Origin: Camelus ferus | Lineage: Eukaryota | Reading direction: 5' to 3' | Length of the DNA stretch: 64,000 nt | NCBI RefSeq assembly: GCF_009834535.1 | Contig: NC_045696.1 | Location: 94,800,001 to 94,864,000 of the forward strand | Shown: positions 46,421-60,242 of the stretch, piece after piece | Layout: the number at the start of each line of letters is the position of its first letter | Position numbering within the stretch: position 1 is the first letter of the stretch | The notes under the pieces: model-generated | The model's input: the letters and a program-made list of their open reading frames with translations, nothing else | Databases searched by the model: none | Told to the model about the DNA's origin: nothing | Translations under genes and position numbers: made by a program

Positions 46421-47879
46421 GTAAAAAGGAAGTAGAACAAGTAGAACAGAGTCAGATTTTATAAACATATGCGAACATATACACACACATATACACAATA
46501 TATGCAAATATATGTGAATATACATATACAAAAGACCAAGACAGTCCTTAGAATAATGGCACATGAGGAAAGAGCAAGCAGAAATGGCTAAATAGTAAAA
46601 TGCCTTACTGGCAATAATAATAATAATGTGCAATAGTCAGACCAGCCTCAGGAATAATTGTCGACAGTCCTGCATCTTCTTTGGTGCTGAGCACCTCCTA
46701 GTTCTGTGGTCAGCCTCCTCTCCTGGCTTGCCACACCCAGCATCCCAGTAACCTATGTTTTGTGCCTGTCTGTGGCCTGTCAACACCTGTTTTCTGATCC
46801 TTCTTTCTTATTCAACCATAATTCAATGTTAAGATTGTTAACTAGTATTTTTGGAAAGAACACAAGACTAAGTGGAAATCTCAATTTAGCCATTAATTGG
46901 CTGGATCAGCTTTGACAAATCAGTTTATCTCTGTTCTATAGATAATTGTATGTAATTAGAGATAAATTATAATAAAAATGAAGAAAAGATAGAATCCAAA
47001 CCTTGTAATCCGTTAATAAAAAGATAAGAGAGAAACACATACACATAGAATAGAGGTATGAGAGACAAGTGACCCATTCATCTCATGTTCTTTTTCATCC
47101 CAGATTTGGGTCAGTATCTATAGCACTTCCTTCCCCAGCCAAGGACGAGCTTCCCCAGGGGTTTACACTAGGAATGTGGTAGCAGCCTCCTCCGCCCTGT
47201 GCCTTTGCCTTGGTTTCCTGGTTTCTGCTCTCAAGTCTCCTACTGAACATGATCTCACTCTGCAGGAATTCTGCCCAATTCCCATTTCCCACCTTGCTCC
47301 CCAGGCTTGACGCCAGCATGGGTCCAGCATTCTTGGTTCCCACTTGCCCGGGAAGACAGAGCCAACAGGGAGACTGATGTGTGGCTTGAATCTTTTTTAG
47401 AAGTTACATTAAGTTAAATTTATTAAAATTAGGTGATGAACTGGCATGTGTCCTAGAAAGACACAGTGTTCAAAAATACCACATTCAAACATGACCATAA
47501 CTTATAAAGGGAATAAAGTCTAGGTCAAAATGTTAAATTATTTTTAAAAAGCTGTCCCATGGTGGAAAATAAAGACATTGTGAAAGATGAGCTTCAAAGT
47601 TATTTCCAATTTTGAAAACATTTAATTCTAGTATTTCTCACAAAGATACCTTAACAGAGGAATCCCATGAGGCAGGTTAATTAATTGAGATATGTATTTT
47701 TTTGGTTCTTGTTGTTGAAGAAGATATAGGAGAATAAAAGATCTTTTCCCGGTGTCTGGCCAGCTTTCCCTGTGTCTTCCAGGCGTCTGCAGCTTCATTG
47801 CTTCAGGAGTTCTTCAGAAGACTTTGTTTTAGTCCTGAGACCTGGAGCTGTAGTAGACAGAGCAGTGGTCAGAACCCTA

Positions 47880-48365
47880 ACTTGTTTGCGGGTGTACCCC
47901 ACGTGCCCCCAGATTCCCCCAGCTCCTCATCTTGCTTTATTCCCTACCTCACTCTCAAGGCTTAATTTAGCGCCTTAAATATGCCAGCTGCTGTCTTGCT
48001 TCCCTCATCTGTGATGCTCTTACGTGGCCGTCTTCTTCCCTGTGAGACAGGCGTCTCTGCCGACCCTGTCAAAATAGGGTTCCTGAGTCCCCTTCTACCG
48101 TATCTTGCTTAGCTACTTGTTTTTTTTTTTTTTTATAGAATTTACCACCTCATCAATTATTTTATATGTCTGTGGATTTGCTTTTGGTCTGTCTGCTTTA
48201 GTGGGGACGCTTCATCATGTAATGTCCATCATGAAAGGGATCGTGTCTGTTATTCTTAACAATCTGTGCCCAGTGCCCAGTGCCCAGCACAGTTCCTGGA
48301 GTACCACAGGCTTTCAGATATTTGATAAGTATTAATGCAAATGAAAAAAAAAAGTGAATGAATAG
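47880..48365 (+). mobile_element. L2 3' fragment
   Basis: ctgtgcccagtgcccagcacagttcctggagtaccacaggctttcagatatttg...aatgaatag. Confidence 0.75.
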
Positions 48366-49444
48366 AACACTTGGGCAAAACTTTGCAGAGGACTAGTCTA
48401 CAACATTTGAAAGTGGGCACTGGAGTCAAAAAGTAAGTGTTGTTCAACAAGAATAATGTCTCAAAATTCAAGCCACATAATTGAAGCTACTCAGAAAACA
48501 TAAAGCAGATTGGAGCTAGCTAGAAAAGCAAACCATATGATTAGAAAGAACCTGAGGACTGTTACTTAATAGGGAAACAGACCTTTCAGTCAGATAACTC
48601 GATCAAGTTACTTGGTTAAGTAAACATAAGTTGAAAAAATATGACATGCTATTTAGAGTAAATTTTATTTCTTAAGAGGTTAATAACAGTATGAAAAGCT
48701 AAAGCTGGAAAAATAAGATAGAAATAAAAATTACTGGGATGTGTCACAGTAAAAGAGACACTGAAGGAAGGGTATAAAAATTCATTTCTGGTGAAGAATT
48801 TAAAATGTGCTGTGTGGAATGCCTGCAAAAAAAAAAATCATGGCTGCAAGCACTAAAAATGTGATTATAATGAGTAATGGAAATTTTGCTTAAAATAATA
48901 TGAGAAGTTAATTACTCAAGTAATTAATTTGAGTAGAAATTAGAAGCTAATGACTTCTAGTATAATTCTCTAGTTCAGATATCAACAAAATAATTGAAAA
49001 ATATTCCACGACCATAGCACATATATCAGACCATAAACCTGATAATATATGTTTTATTCAAATATAAGAATCAGTTGTCCAAGTTCTGGCAAAATGGATT
49101 AATGATGTGGGTGGTACAATCTCAAAGGTCAGGAGAACTAAGGAGGACAGGAGTGAGAGATGGAATGTCATATATTGGCTTTAGGGTTGTCACATTGGTT
49201 AATTCTTCCTCATAGGAGCAGTTTATTCTCTGGAAACAGACAGACAGACAGACAGTAGGAAAGGGCAACCAAACAACAAAACAACTAAAATTCTTAGTGA
49301 TGGGAGTCTGAATCCAGCTCGTCTTTAATCCATCAGTTCCTTGACTTTCAGCTAATTCCCCGTGTCATTAAACAATAGAGAAATAAAGCCCAGAAATCTC
49401 TCACTAGGATGCAAAATGCATGCCTCTGTGAGAGTCAGTATCTT

Positions 49445-49540
49445 TTTGGGTTTTTTTTAACGGAGGTTCTGGGGATTGAACCTACAACCTCATGCATGCT
49501 AAGCATGTGCTCTAATACTGAGCTATACCCTCCTTTCCCT
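49445..49540 (-). mobile_element. tRNA-derived camelid SINE (Vic-1-like), short form
   Basis: ggaggttctggggattgaacctacaacctcatgcatgctaagcatgtgctctaatactgagctataccctcc. TSD aga(g/a)tcagtatctt at 49431-49444 and 49541-49554. Confidence 0.93.
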
Positions 49541-51879
49541 AGAATCAGTATCTTGATCAAAGTGTAACTAAACTGTATACAGGCTATTATAACAATTTGG
49601 AAAGACATATGAGTCAAATGTATCTACTCTGAGCCTGGAGGAGATTCTTAATGTTTACCAGGTAAGACTTTTTCAAAGTCAGGTTACTGCTGTATCTGAT
49701 GAAAAAATGGCATACTCTGATAGGTCTTCCAGCTCTAGGCAAAGTCAGTCTCAAGGGCTATTCTTTAAACCTGAAAAATGTATTGAGGGAGATCCCATTA
49801 AGGTTGTGTTTAAGAACTGAATCATCCAAGCCTAAAATTAAAACAGTAGCAATCATAAAACTAAGAGAAGATATGAGGTTGGATACCTGCTTATGAGCCG
49901 TTTATTCTAAATGAATAACTTGAAGGGTTTTACCACATCTCTCTCTTCAACAAATCTATATGCTATGATCCTCCATTTATCTAGTACCTCTGGAAATTGG
50001 TTCAAATAGGTAAAATTTCCAGATAACTGAAGCATCAGAGCTATTTTCTGAAACATATGGCATACCACACTGCTTTGCTACTAGAGGATGATGAATTTAA
50101 ATACTCCTTCTCCCCCTGAGAGGCTGATTCAAGACCACCATAATGTATTGTCTTTGGTAATGACTTGAGACCCTACTGGGATGTAACAGACTAAAAAATT
50201 TTACCCAGACCAAATGGACCCTACACATTCTGCTTCTGTGGTTCTATCAGACTGTAGAATTTTTTTTATTGTTTTCCTTTGGCATTTGCTTCTCTTCCCC
50301 TATGTCCTTGTTTCTAATTTATTGACTTCCTACAACGGGAATTCCACTTTAAAAGCTTTATCTCTTCTTTAGAATAAAGTACTTAGGCTTTATGATAACT
50401 GTTTGTTTTGCATTGGCATTCACCACACAAAGGTACTTTTTATTTAACTCCAAGTTTGTTGCTGGGTTCTAGATGGTTGAAGATGTGTGAAATGTTATGT
50501 CTAAATTAACCACTGGACAATATGTTATTCTTTTTTACTGAGTAATTTGAAAAATGAGATAAACTTCAGTATTATTTGATGCTCAACATGTAGAAATTGA
50601 ACTTCAAGAATAAAAACATGACTATTTATGAAAGCTAGTGGGTTGGAGTATTCCCCAAAGATAATCTCATATTTCCAGGCTACTGGACACTGTGTGAAAC
50701 TACAGCAGATACATACTTGACACCCTCTCCCATATACTTTTCAGTAAAGTATAATTATTTTCTGTAAAGAAAAGAAATCCATATTTTTTTTCTGTAAAGT
50801 TTTGCCTGTTATTCTGAAGCTAGTATTGTATACGTCACATTGTAATTGGCACGTGTGTGTGTGTGTGGGGGTCCTTAATATCCATAGTAAATTAGACATG
50901 ATGCTCTTTATTAAATTCTAAAACATTGAGAATGATTCAAACAGATTACTCTGAACAATAAATTTAATTTAAAAACCCATAATTTAGGTTTTTACTTTAT
51001 TTTAGGTAGTTCGGGGTTTTTGTTCCTCTCTTACTTGCATAACTCTCATCTGGAATCTGTTCCTTCAAGGACCATGTAGAGAAAAGCAACAGCCAGACCT
51101 AGTATCGTGATGCTTGAGGCTCCAAACTGTCTCTATGGATTAAAGCCTCTGTTAGGAGAAATGCAGGCTGTGTGAAGGAAAACAAATTTAATCCAAACCT
51201 GAGCTAAGAGCAATGCCCTGAAGTTAACCTGGAGAATTATGCAACGGTGGGAGATCCAGCTCCTTTGAATTTCTCCCTCTTAGGATTCCATCCTTCTCCT
51301 GTACTATGTGTTTAATCACCCCATTTATTGATTTCACTCTTACTATTTTCAACTTTATTATATAATCAAATATTCTAAATATGTACTTCTCCCTTATATG
51401 CAGTCTTTTCTTCAAAGAGACCAGAGGATCCGAAAACATTTTTTGGGGGTAGGGAGAAACTATGTTCAGAAAGTTTCTTTTAATTGTGTCATTAATCCTC
51501 CCCAAATTTCTGTGGATTGAATAATAGGCAGGCGGGAATTGAAGCAAAACATTTGCCATTGACTTTCTTCTCATTTCCCTTTAGCTGTGTGCATGGTATC
51601 CTGAGGAGGAAATGACTATGCATCTTTAACGTTGTGTGTTTCCCAGATGATATGCAGTAGTCACTTTGTCTTCAATAAACTACTTAGAACATAGAAATAA
51701 AACCAAAAGCAAAGATATACCAGTACCTAGATTCTTTAGCTATCTGAAAAATTAGATACCTGGCAAAACACTAGATGAGAAGATAGTAGAGAAACATGTA
51801 GTACATAAAAAAAATACTTCTGAAGAGTCTATTTTACTTAAGCTGATGCGTTTTAATTAGGAGAGGCCTCAGTTTTTTT

Positions 51880-52225
51880 TTCTGTTGATTGACTATTTTA
51901 TATATAAAATAATGTATATAAAATAAGAATGTAAATAAAACCTTTTCCTATCACATAAGTTTCAAGAATTTTCTCCTGTTTGTTGTTTAATTTGTTTGGA
52001 AGTTTATTATTAATTACAGAAGTTTTATATATACTTTATATTGTCAAAACTATCCCTTTTTTTCACTTTATGTCTTCTGTTTTGGGTGTAATGCTCAGAA
52101 TGGCCAATTCCTTACCAGTATTACACAATTACTCTTCTAAATATGCTCTTCTCTTTCCTTTATGGGTTTATTTAGCTTTTAAGTTTATTTAAAATTTATT
52201 TTAGTACCAAGCATGATACAGGGGC
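51880..52225 (-). mobile_element. Old L1ME-like fragment
   Basis: tttatgtcttctgttttgggtgtaatgctcagaatggccaattcc. Confidence 0.5.
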
Positions 52226-52424
52226 CCCACATTTCTCATGCATTAAACACACACACTCTCACAAACACAAACTTATGATTTTAGAGCATGTTACATTTTC
52301 TGTATTGGAGTCTTAGGATTCATTTAGGAGTTTTAAAAGTTTGCAATAGATCAGTAATTTTTCTTTTAAAGTTAGGAGAACTTTAATACGATGTCATTGT
52401 ACTTCTGAATTTAGGAATTTGCTT

Positions 52425-53225
52425 ATTAAAGTTCTTATTGAGCACCAATTATGACCAGGAATTAGGTGCTGAGGATAACTGAACTACAGATCTGCAGCCT
52501 CTACCCTCAAGCTTACGGTCTAGTGTGTGGGGGTATGGGGGTGGGGACTGTGAATGCAAGTAGACACCTCCAGAGCACTGTGGTAAAGACTATGCCATTA
52601 AACTCTGTCTAAGCTATCTTTGTGGCAGTGAGGGCTCCCAGAGGAAGAGATATCTGAGCTGTGTCTTGGAGGATGAATAGGGATTCACCAAGAAGACAGA
52701 GACAGAAGGCATTCCAGGTCAAGGGAGCAGCAGCTGGCAAGATGCGCACGTGAAGTATGCCAGCACATTGAAAAATTATGAGAAGTTTGCTATCATTCAA
52801 ATAAATGTGCCGGAAAAGATATGGTGCTTGGAAAGATCAATGTTGTGGCTGTTTAGAGGAAGTATTAGAAGAAAGGAGAAAGTGGAGGTTATTGGTTGAG
52901 AGTTCTTTTAATAGCCCAGGTGAAATATGGTGAGTATCTGAACTGAAGTCACAGCAATAGAGATGAAGAAGGGAAGTGAGTAAGAAAGAGAAGTACTCGG
53001 AAAGTAAACTCCCAGCTTTTGTTTGGTAAACAGCATAGGTGGCGGTAATAAAGCCAGGATATAAGTTACAGGAGACACAGCAAATTTGGGAAATTATTTA
53101 CCTCTGCAGACCTGAGTTCGATCATCTAAAGACCCTCCAGTCCATAGTTGGTTATTGATGTCTAGAGTACAGGAGCAATATCTGAGCTATGTGATCTGAT
53201 ATCTGAGACACATGGGTGTGTAGAT
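52425..53225 (-). mobile_element. L2 fragment
   Basis: cttattgagcacc...ctaccctcaagcttacggtctagtg...atctgagctgtgtcttggaggatgaatagggattcaccaa. Confidence 0.85.
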
Positions 53226-53231
53226 TAAGAA

Positions 53232-53565
53232 TTAAAAAATCAAATGTCTGCAGGTTATAACTGCTAGGTGGACAAAGTAAATGAGTGAAGTGGCTGATAA
53301 GGAATGGTGGGGATTGTCATGAGCTGGAGAGAGCATGCTTCATCTCTGGGGACACGGCTGCTACTCCATTCTAATAGGTTATTGATGTGGGATTCCCCGG
53401 CCAGTGCTGGCGGCTTTTTTTTTTTTTTTTAAGAGAAACTGGAAATCTAGGTTTTAATATGAGCTCTCCCAATCTCTAACTAGTTTAATATTTTTAGAAG
53501 ACACTTCGTAAGCCCAAACAAATAGTTGGCTGACCACATCAAGTCAACAGACACCTATGTTGTAG
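53232..53565. mobile_element. MER102-like hAT MITE
   Basis: tcaaatgtctgcagg...gtaaatgagtgaag...ggtggggattgtcatgagctggagagagcatgc...aagagaaactggaaatctaggtttt. Confidence 0.75.
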
Positions 53566-53759
53566 GTGGTAATGTAAATTGTAAACCTGAATGAAATTCC
53601 TAAGAAAAATGTAGTGAGAAAAGGAGACCCTCAGCATGAAACTCAAAAACTTGAGGCTGAAAAGAGAGCTTTGAACCAGGTACTGCACAATATAACTAAT
53701 ACTTTTAGTGATGAAAGAGTAAAACTAACATTTTATTGTGCTGCCTAAAGATGTGTCCC

Positions 53760-54790
53760 ATTAGAAATCTGTTATCAACCTCAAGTAAGCCCTCAATTGT
53801 GGGTAATCCTACCACATTTCTTTCATCAACTCACCCTCAGCCATCCCAGACATCATTTCAAATCTTCTCCACTATCTTTAAACCTTTGACCCTCACCACT
53901 AACCTTAGCAAGCCCCCTTTTCAGCTGGTGACTCCATCTCATGGTTTATAGAGAACGTAGAATCTGTGAGCTGGGTCCTGTGTCGAGTGTAAGGGATATG
54001 GGAAATTCCTGTCTTCTGCTGCTCTGTCCTGTTCTTTCCCCTCCAGCTTCTCATGAATCTTACACTCTTGATGCCTTCTGTCTATGATACATTCAGACGC
54101 AGCATCTTCATCTTTCTCTAGGTTTTTAAACGCATTCAGCCTCTCCCATGAACAAGAATAATAATTTTTAAAAAAGCAACCACTCCCAGTCCCACAAGTT
54201 TCTCCAGCTTGCTCTATCTTCCTTCCCTTTTATAGTCAAGCTTTATGAAGGAATCATGCACACACCCTGTCTCCAGTTCCTTTCCTGCACTCACTCCTTA
54301 GACTATCTGATCTAGCTTCTGTTTCAAAGCCCTACCAGACTCGCTCTTGTTAAGGTCGCCATGCTACTAAATCCACTGAAAGTTTTCAGTCCTCTCCTTT
54401 CTTGTCCTCTTAGCATCATTTGACCTTGTTGGCCACTCCACTCTTCATGACCTACTGTTTCCCTGGCTTCTGTGATATCTGGCTCTCCTGGGCTTCCTCC
54501 TACTCTTTCTTTAGCTCACATCTTATTCTTCACTTCCCCTGGGAACCCTGCCTTTACTGGTTCAAATCTCACTATTATATGCTCTCTACGGGCAATACAG
54601 CTCTCCTTTGTAACATTTTTCACTGTGAAACTTTGTGTTTGTCTGTGTGCTCTACTCACTTGTAAGCTAAAGATAGGGAGGGAGCATGCTAGGTTTTCTC
54701 ATCATTTGCACTGTGTCTAGTCAAAGTCCTGGAGTCTCAATAACTGTCTGTCTAAGGAGTGATTGACTAAGTAACTGACAATGAATGAAT
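53760..54790 (+). mobile_element. L2 fragment
   Basis: ctactaaatccactgaaagttttcagtcctc...cttagcatcatttgacc...ttgtaagctaaagatagggaggg...aatgaatgaat. Confidence 0.8.
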
Positions 54791-55414
54791 TTAAAGCCTA
54801 GAACTACAGACAGTAGAGGCTGCCTCACTTGCCTAGCACATGAGGAAATAATTAGAAAACAGATCTGTTTCAAATTATTTCATATTTGGATCATTTTCAT
54901 TTTTAATTTTTACTCATTAAAAACACGTAAAATATATTTCAGGAGTTTATCTAAAAAGGGTAATTTCAATTTATTTAATTTTCAGATCATTTTTATTTTT
55001 AGTTTTTATTCTTCGACTCACACATAATTAATATAACCTCTAAGTAAAGTAACATAAAAATGATTAAGACTTTGTCTCTACTCTTAAAGGTACAATTTTA
55101 TCTTCTTTACATATAATAAAACTTAAATTGTAAACAAAACTTAAATATCTATTCATTTAAACAGCAAAGAGGATAACTGTAAGGATGATGAAGAGCAAAA
55201 GAGGTAGAAGTCTTAAATTATCTCATGGAAATTATATTAAAAATACTTTTATTTCACCCCAAATATTTTTACATTATTAAATATGTCCATGTAGAGGATC
55301 TGTATCTAGAGAGTTGCATAAAGAATCTGTATTTAGAAACCAGTATGAATGAACACTTTCAGTATGAGAAATGGACCAAATAATTTTGCTTATGGTCATT
55401 GGTCATCAGCCATA

Positions 55415-55775
55415 TTCGTTTAACAAGCATTTATTGAGCACTTGTCATTAGCCATGGTAAGCTGGGCCAGATCTTCATGACCAACTGAATGTGGGGTTGA
55501 ACATAGTGAGGAGGAAGAGTTCAGAGGGTGCAGAGATTTCTAGATATGTTGATTGCAGAGAAGATGAACAAGAATTATTTCTGGAATTTTGAATTTGGAC
55601 CACCAATGTGTAACTAAATTAAGACGTGTTGAAAATATGCCTATAGTGAGAAGCGGCAATTTCTTGCTTATAAAAGTCACTTTGGGAATAATTGATACAT
55701 CAGTGATGGTTGAAAGTCAAGGAGTAGTCAGTATTGTTGAATGTCATGGAGAAGTAAAGCCATGTAATAGGTGAA
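55415..55775 (-). mobile_element. L2 fragments
   Basis: ttcgtttaacaagcatttattgagcactt... Confidence 0.6.
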
Positions 55776-55914
55776 AAGGGGCTTTGAATTTTCTAATTAA
55801 ATATATTTGAAAGCCTACTAGTTGGATTTAGAGTTTACAAAACAGAAAATTTTCTCAGAAAATGTGTTGATTTGACACTTCTCTCTGAATGTGTCAGATC
55901 AACTCAAGCCATGT

Positions 55915-56130
55915 CAGACAATCCTGTTCTCAAATCCCAGATTTGCCACCTTTGAAATATGACATTGGTCAAATTTACTGAACCTCTAAAAGCCTGAGTT
56001 TCTCATCTGTAATGTGGAGATAGCAATACCTGCCTTTCAACATTTGGGGAAGAATTAAATAAGATGCTTAATGCAATGTCTTTCACGTTAAGTGCCAAAT
56101 ATTAGCATTAAGGATGATGAGGACGATGAT
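55915..56130 (+). mobile_element. MIR SINE
   Basis: tcaaatcccagatttgccac...aacctctaaaagcctgagtttctcatctgtaatgtggagatagcaatacctgcct. Confidence 0.85.
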
Positions 56131-56514
56131 GACAACCATCCTGTGTTTATGGGGCCAGGACAAATAGAAGAGAAAAGAAGAAAGGAGACCCTGATTCAAC
56201 TTAGGGATGACATTTTGAAAGACCAAGTAGTCTAGATGGAGAGGTTTCCCATCACTAGATGATCATTTGGCAGGATGCTGACAGCAGGGTTTGAAGCATA
56301 AGATAAAGGTTGACATTTAGTTCTATGATTCTGTTAATTCCCCAAGGAATAGCAGATGGACGTAGGAGGCATAATTTGGAGGAGGGGTAGGGGAAAAGAG
56401 ACAACTTTCTTATGAGATTAATGGAAAATCTGATACGTTCTTTCACAGCAAAATCAAATGATCCCCAACTAGACAATGACAGTTCTGTGGTCAAATGCAG
56501 AGTGGCAGCTATTG

Positions 56515-56735
56515 TAGTTGACCCTTGAACAATGCGAGGGGTAAGGGCACCCAAACCGCTGCCCAGTGAAAAATTCAAGTATAACTTACACCATGGTTCC
56601 TCCATATTCACAGTTTTGAATCCACGGATTCAACCAGTTGTGGAACATGTAGCACTGTAGTGTATGACTACTGAAAAAATCCATGTATAAGTGGATCTGC
56701 TCAGTTCAAACCCTGTGTTGTTCAAGGGTCAGCTG
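56515..56735. mobile_element. Tigger2-family MITE
   Basis: Terminal inverted repeats agttgacccttgaacaa (56516-56532) and ttgttcaagggtcagctg (56718-56735), followed by TA. Confidence 0.92.
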
Positions 56736-58734
56736 TATCCTCAAACACATCGCTGTGCCACTTCTGCCCACACACTGATGTTTGCTAACAGCAGCCTCAT
56801 TTCCTTCACTGTAATGTCAAAACTTTAGGAAAATAAAAAAAACTTTATCTTCAAAAAATGTTGGGACCCCAGATTTGTGGATATGACAGAATGTGTTTTC
56901 CTAAAAATAAAAATCTGGATTTTGAAAACAGATTATTTGTTGGCTGATTAGTAGCATTACAAAAGAATTATTCAATCAAAAAAATAATTACCTATAGAAA
57001 CCTTTTAAGCATCAACTCTCCAGAAACATTTCATTTCACTCTTAACTTTTGAACTCCATATAGGATGAAGCACTTACTAACGTAGCCATTTCTGAAAACT
57101 GTATTCTTTTCGTTGTTTCTGGAGCGGTGGTTGTGAGTGATGGAACGATCCCTGTTTGTTCTTGTGACAGTTCATATTTACTTTTTAGATGAATGGCTAG
57201 AACTAAAACTGTAAATTCTAGCTCTAAGTCTAAATGATAATCATAATTCTGGACTCACTACCAGAAGCTCATAGACCTTAGGTACTCTAAACATTAGGAC
57301 AAGATTTAGTGTGACATTATTTTTCTGAAGAAAGCATTTCAGATAAATTTGCCTAGTCTCTAGATGTCAGAGAATATAGGATGCTTTGTGCAATAATCCC
57401 TCCGAGAAGAAACCTTGAAGGAGTCCTATTGTTCTTTATAGCATATGAAACCTGAGCATATGAACTGTTCTTATACACACATCAGCTCTAAATTCTCCAG
57501 GGGAAAAAACTCTTTCTAGTTACGAACATACTGAAAAGACCTGTTCTGGACCTGATTTTCTCCCAGGCTAGCAGACTTAGAAAGTGGGTTTGCAGTTCAC
57601 TCACATGCACCTTGGGTACAGTGTTGTAGAGGGGTCTCCAGGGACAATATTCCTTGTGTTCTGAATGAGAAATAAAGTCACCAGGATAACTAGAGTCTTC
57701 TAGGGCTATCTCAGTCACACCCTACATCTTGAGTGGTAACTGTGAGAGGTTCATCAAAGCACCTCCTCATTTGTGTAGGGATGAAGAGAAGGGACAGGTC
57801 CCCTTTATCCTTGCAGAGCAAACAAGGGCCCTGTGGTAACGTGTTAGCAGCTTGGCATTCTTGGAATTGACAGTTATGGTTCTACCCAGTCTTATGTGAT
57901 ATTATTAGAACCTGACTGGCAGTGTTTTATAATTCTTTTGAAGCATAAATTTGACTTGAACATGCCAGAAACATGCAAGGCCAGAAAGTTTGAATTAACT
58001 AGTGAGCAAATGGATGAGTCCAGTTGACTACTCAGCATCCACATTTCATGTTACATTTGTCGTCTTCCTTCTTGGACATACTTACAACAACTGGAGTAAA
58101 GTTATTTTATAACAAAACCTTTGTTTATGTATGAAACCTGGTCGTGAAGTAAGAAAGGAGATAGCTGAATCCAGAGTTCAGTTTAATGCATGCTCATTGT
58201 AATGAAAGTGTGATTGAATCACATTTTGAATTCTGTCCAGTTTTTTTTTCATACCTGTGACTTTAGAGATTTCTCAAGGCTCCCATCTTTAGAAATATTT
58301 CTCATGATACGAAGGGTTAACTGTATCTCTAAAAAAGTGTAAAACATGTCACGGCACATGGAAAGGAGTTTGAGGATGAAAAATATGATTTAATTTCTGC
58401 CTTCCAGGAAAAGTCTTCAAGGCAATGTCTTCTTTTCCCAATGTTTGATCTTTTAAAACATTTATTTGGAGAACATAAACCTTATCAAAAAATCTTCTGT
58501 AGGATTATCTTAAATGTTACCCTACAGAGAGAAAATACCTAAAACAATTCCCCACTGCAGTCAGTAAAAGTCAGTTAAATTTAGTCTTATAAACTCATCC
58601 TGAAAATTAATTTCCAACAAAAATTTTAGTACAAAATCAATGTTGAAACCAGTTGATAAGAAATTACTTACCATTTCATAATATAGAAAATGGGATGAAC
58701 TTTTTCTATCAAAGTAACTTCTGATTTGATGTGA

Positions 58735-59120
58735 AATATGTCAGTGGTTCCTCATTGCCTTCAGGATAAAGCCTATAGTCCTTCCCCTCCCTGGCCTATA
58801 AGCCCCTTTATTGCCTTCCATCTGAGCCTCACCTCAAGCTACACGCCCCTGCTCACATTTCGCCAAGCACCAGTCACTCTGAACTATTTACAGTTCCCAG
58901 ACCTCTGGGCCTTCGTTTATGATGCCTTCTCCTTCTGAAACTCTATGCTCAGTCTTTTGACCTTTATACAGCTTGCCTCAGGAACATGTCTTCTAAAAGG
59001 TCCACAGATTTCCCCAGTCTGTGCCCATTGTCCATCCATACCCTTTCCCAAGCACCCAACGCGTCTATTTATCATAGCATTTTTGATGCTGTACCATGAT
59101 TGCCTACTTGTTAATTTTCC
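58735..59120 (+). mobile_element. L2 fragment
   Basis: tcagtggttcctcattgccttcaggataaagcc...ctgaactatttacagttccc. Confidence 0.8.
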
Positions 59121-59688
59121 TCATTCATTCATTCATTCGTTCAAGCATTTTGCAGATATTCAGGGAACATTTACCACACGACAACCACTATTCTAGGCAC
59201 TGAGGATAAACAATGAACAAAAAACCTATCGGTTATCATGGGCCTTAGCTTCCAGTAGGGGCACAGAAACCAACAACATATAAATGTATAATGAAATGCC
59301 AGGCAATCTTATGTGCTATGAAGAAAAATCAAAACAGAGAATAAGCTATTTCTCATAGGTAAAGTGGTTGCTTTTAGTAAGAAAGTGCTTGTTTTTAGAA
59401 AGATGACCCTGGAAGACACTTTAATGAGATGGTAGGGTTTTTGTTGTTGTTGTTGTTTCTTTTTTGTTTTTATATAGATTGAAGTAAGCAAGAGCAAATA
59501 ATGCTGGTATTTAAATGAAGTTTTGTTCTAGGCAGAGGAAGCTATACATGCAGTGTCCATGAAACGCAAATATTCCTGGCGTATTTGGAGTAACAGCAAA
59601 GAGGAAAGAGTGGTCATTGTGCGCTGTGTTGGGGAGAGAGTAGTAGGAGGTGGTATTAGAGAGATGTCATGGGAATGTTCAAGTAGGA
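59121..59688 (-). mobile_element. L2 3' fragment
   Basis: tcattcattcattcattcgttcaagcattt...ctattctaggcactgaggata...gttctaggcagaggaa. Confidence 0.85.
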
Positions 59689-59815
59689 CAGTGGTTCTCA
59701 GCAAGGCTATATGTTAGAACCAACTGGTGAGCTTTGAAAAAAAAATAATGGGACAGTCCAGTCTCATCCCAGGAGTCTGACTTTAATGACTTGGAGTACA
59801 GCCCAGAGATTGGTG
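59689..59815. mobile_element. MER5-family fragment
   Basis: cagtggttctcagcaaggctatatgttagaaccaactggtgagcttt. Confidence 0.7.
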
Positions 59816-59959
59816 CTTTGTTGTTGTTTTGTTTTTTTCCTATCGGCTTTTTTTTCAAGGTTTAATAAATTTTAATTTTAGTAATCAAATGTAAGGGATT
59901 CCCTTTATACTTCCAATAACCTGCCACAATTCCCATGTCTTATACACACCCATACACAG

Positions 59960-60180
59960 CAGTGATAATGAGGGTGAGATCTGAGGTCCTACAGCCTTGC
60001 TGCTTTTTACTTTGGCCCAATTATATCACCTCTGTAGGTCTCAGTTTCTTCACCTTGGAAAAAAAGATAATAGTTCCTATCTCACACGATTGTTGTGAAA
60101 ATCAAAAGTTATAACATAAAAAGTGCTTAGAATGATTCCTGGTATATAATAAGCTTTCAATGTGCAAACTACTGCTTTCG
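59960..60180 (+). mobile_element. MIR SINE
   Basis: cacctctgtaggtctcagtttcttcacc...ataatagttcctatctcacacgattgttgtgaaaatcaaa...aaagtgcttagaatg. Confidence 0.85.
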
Positions 60181-60242
60181 CTATATCATCTCTAGAGTAC
60201 GTATTTCATGTTCGCAGAATATTTTCTCACTTAATACTAGTA

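Noticed and set aside
47750..47870. Strong acceptor-like site ctttccctgtgtcttccag
   Set aside because: No good donor follows, the translation is unrecognised, and it runs into an L2.
49445..49540. tRNA gene
   Set aside because: The tRNA-like A/B boxes belong to a SINE with a tail and TSD, and there are three diverged copies in the window.
51224..51574. 116-aa minus-strand ORF
   Set aside because: No recognisable domain and no convincing splice context; the length is compatible with chance.
58078..58165. Possible 52-nt minus-strand exon (ccag|GTTTC...GTT|gtaagt)
   Set aside because: Two frames stop and the third is unrecognised; unsupported without RNA data.
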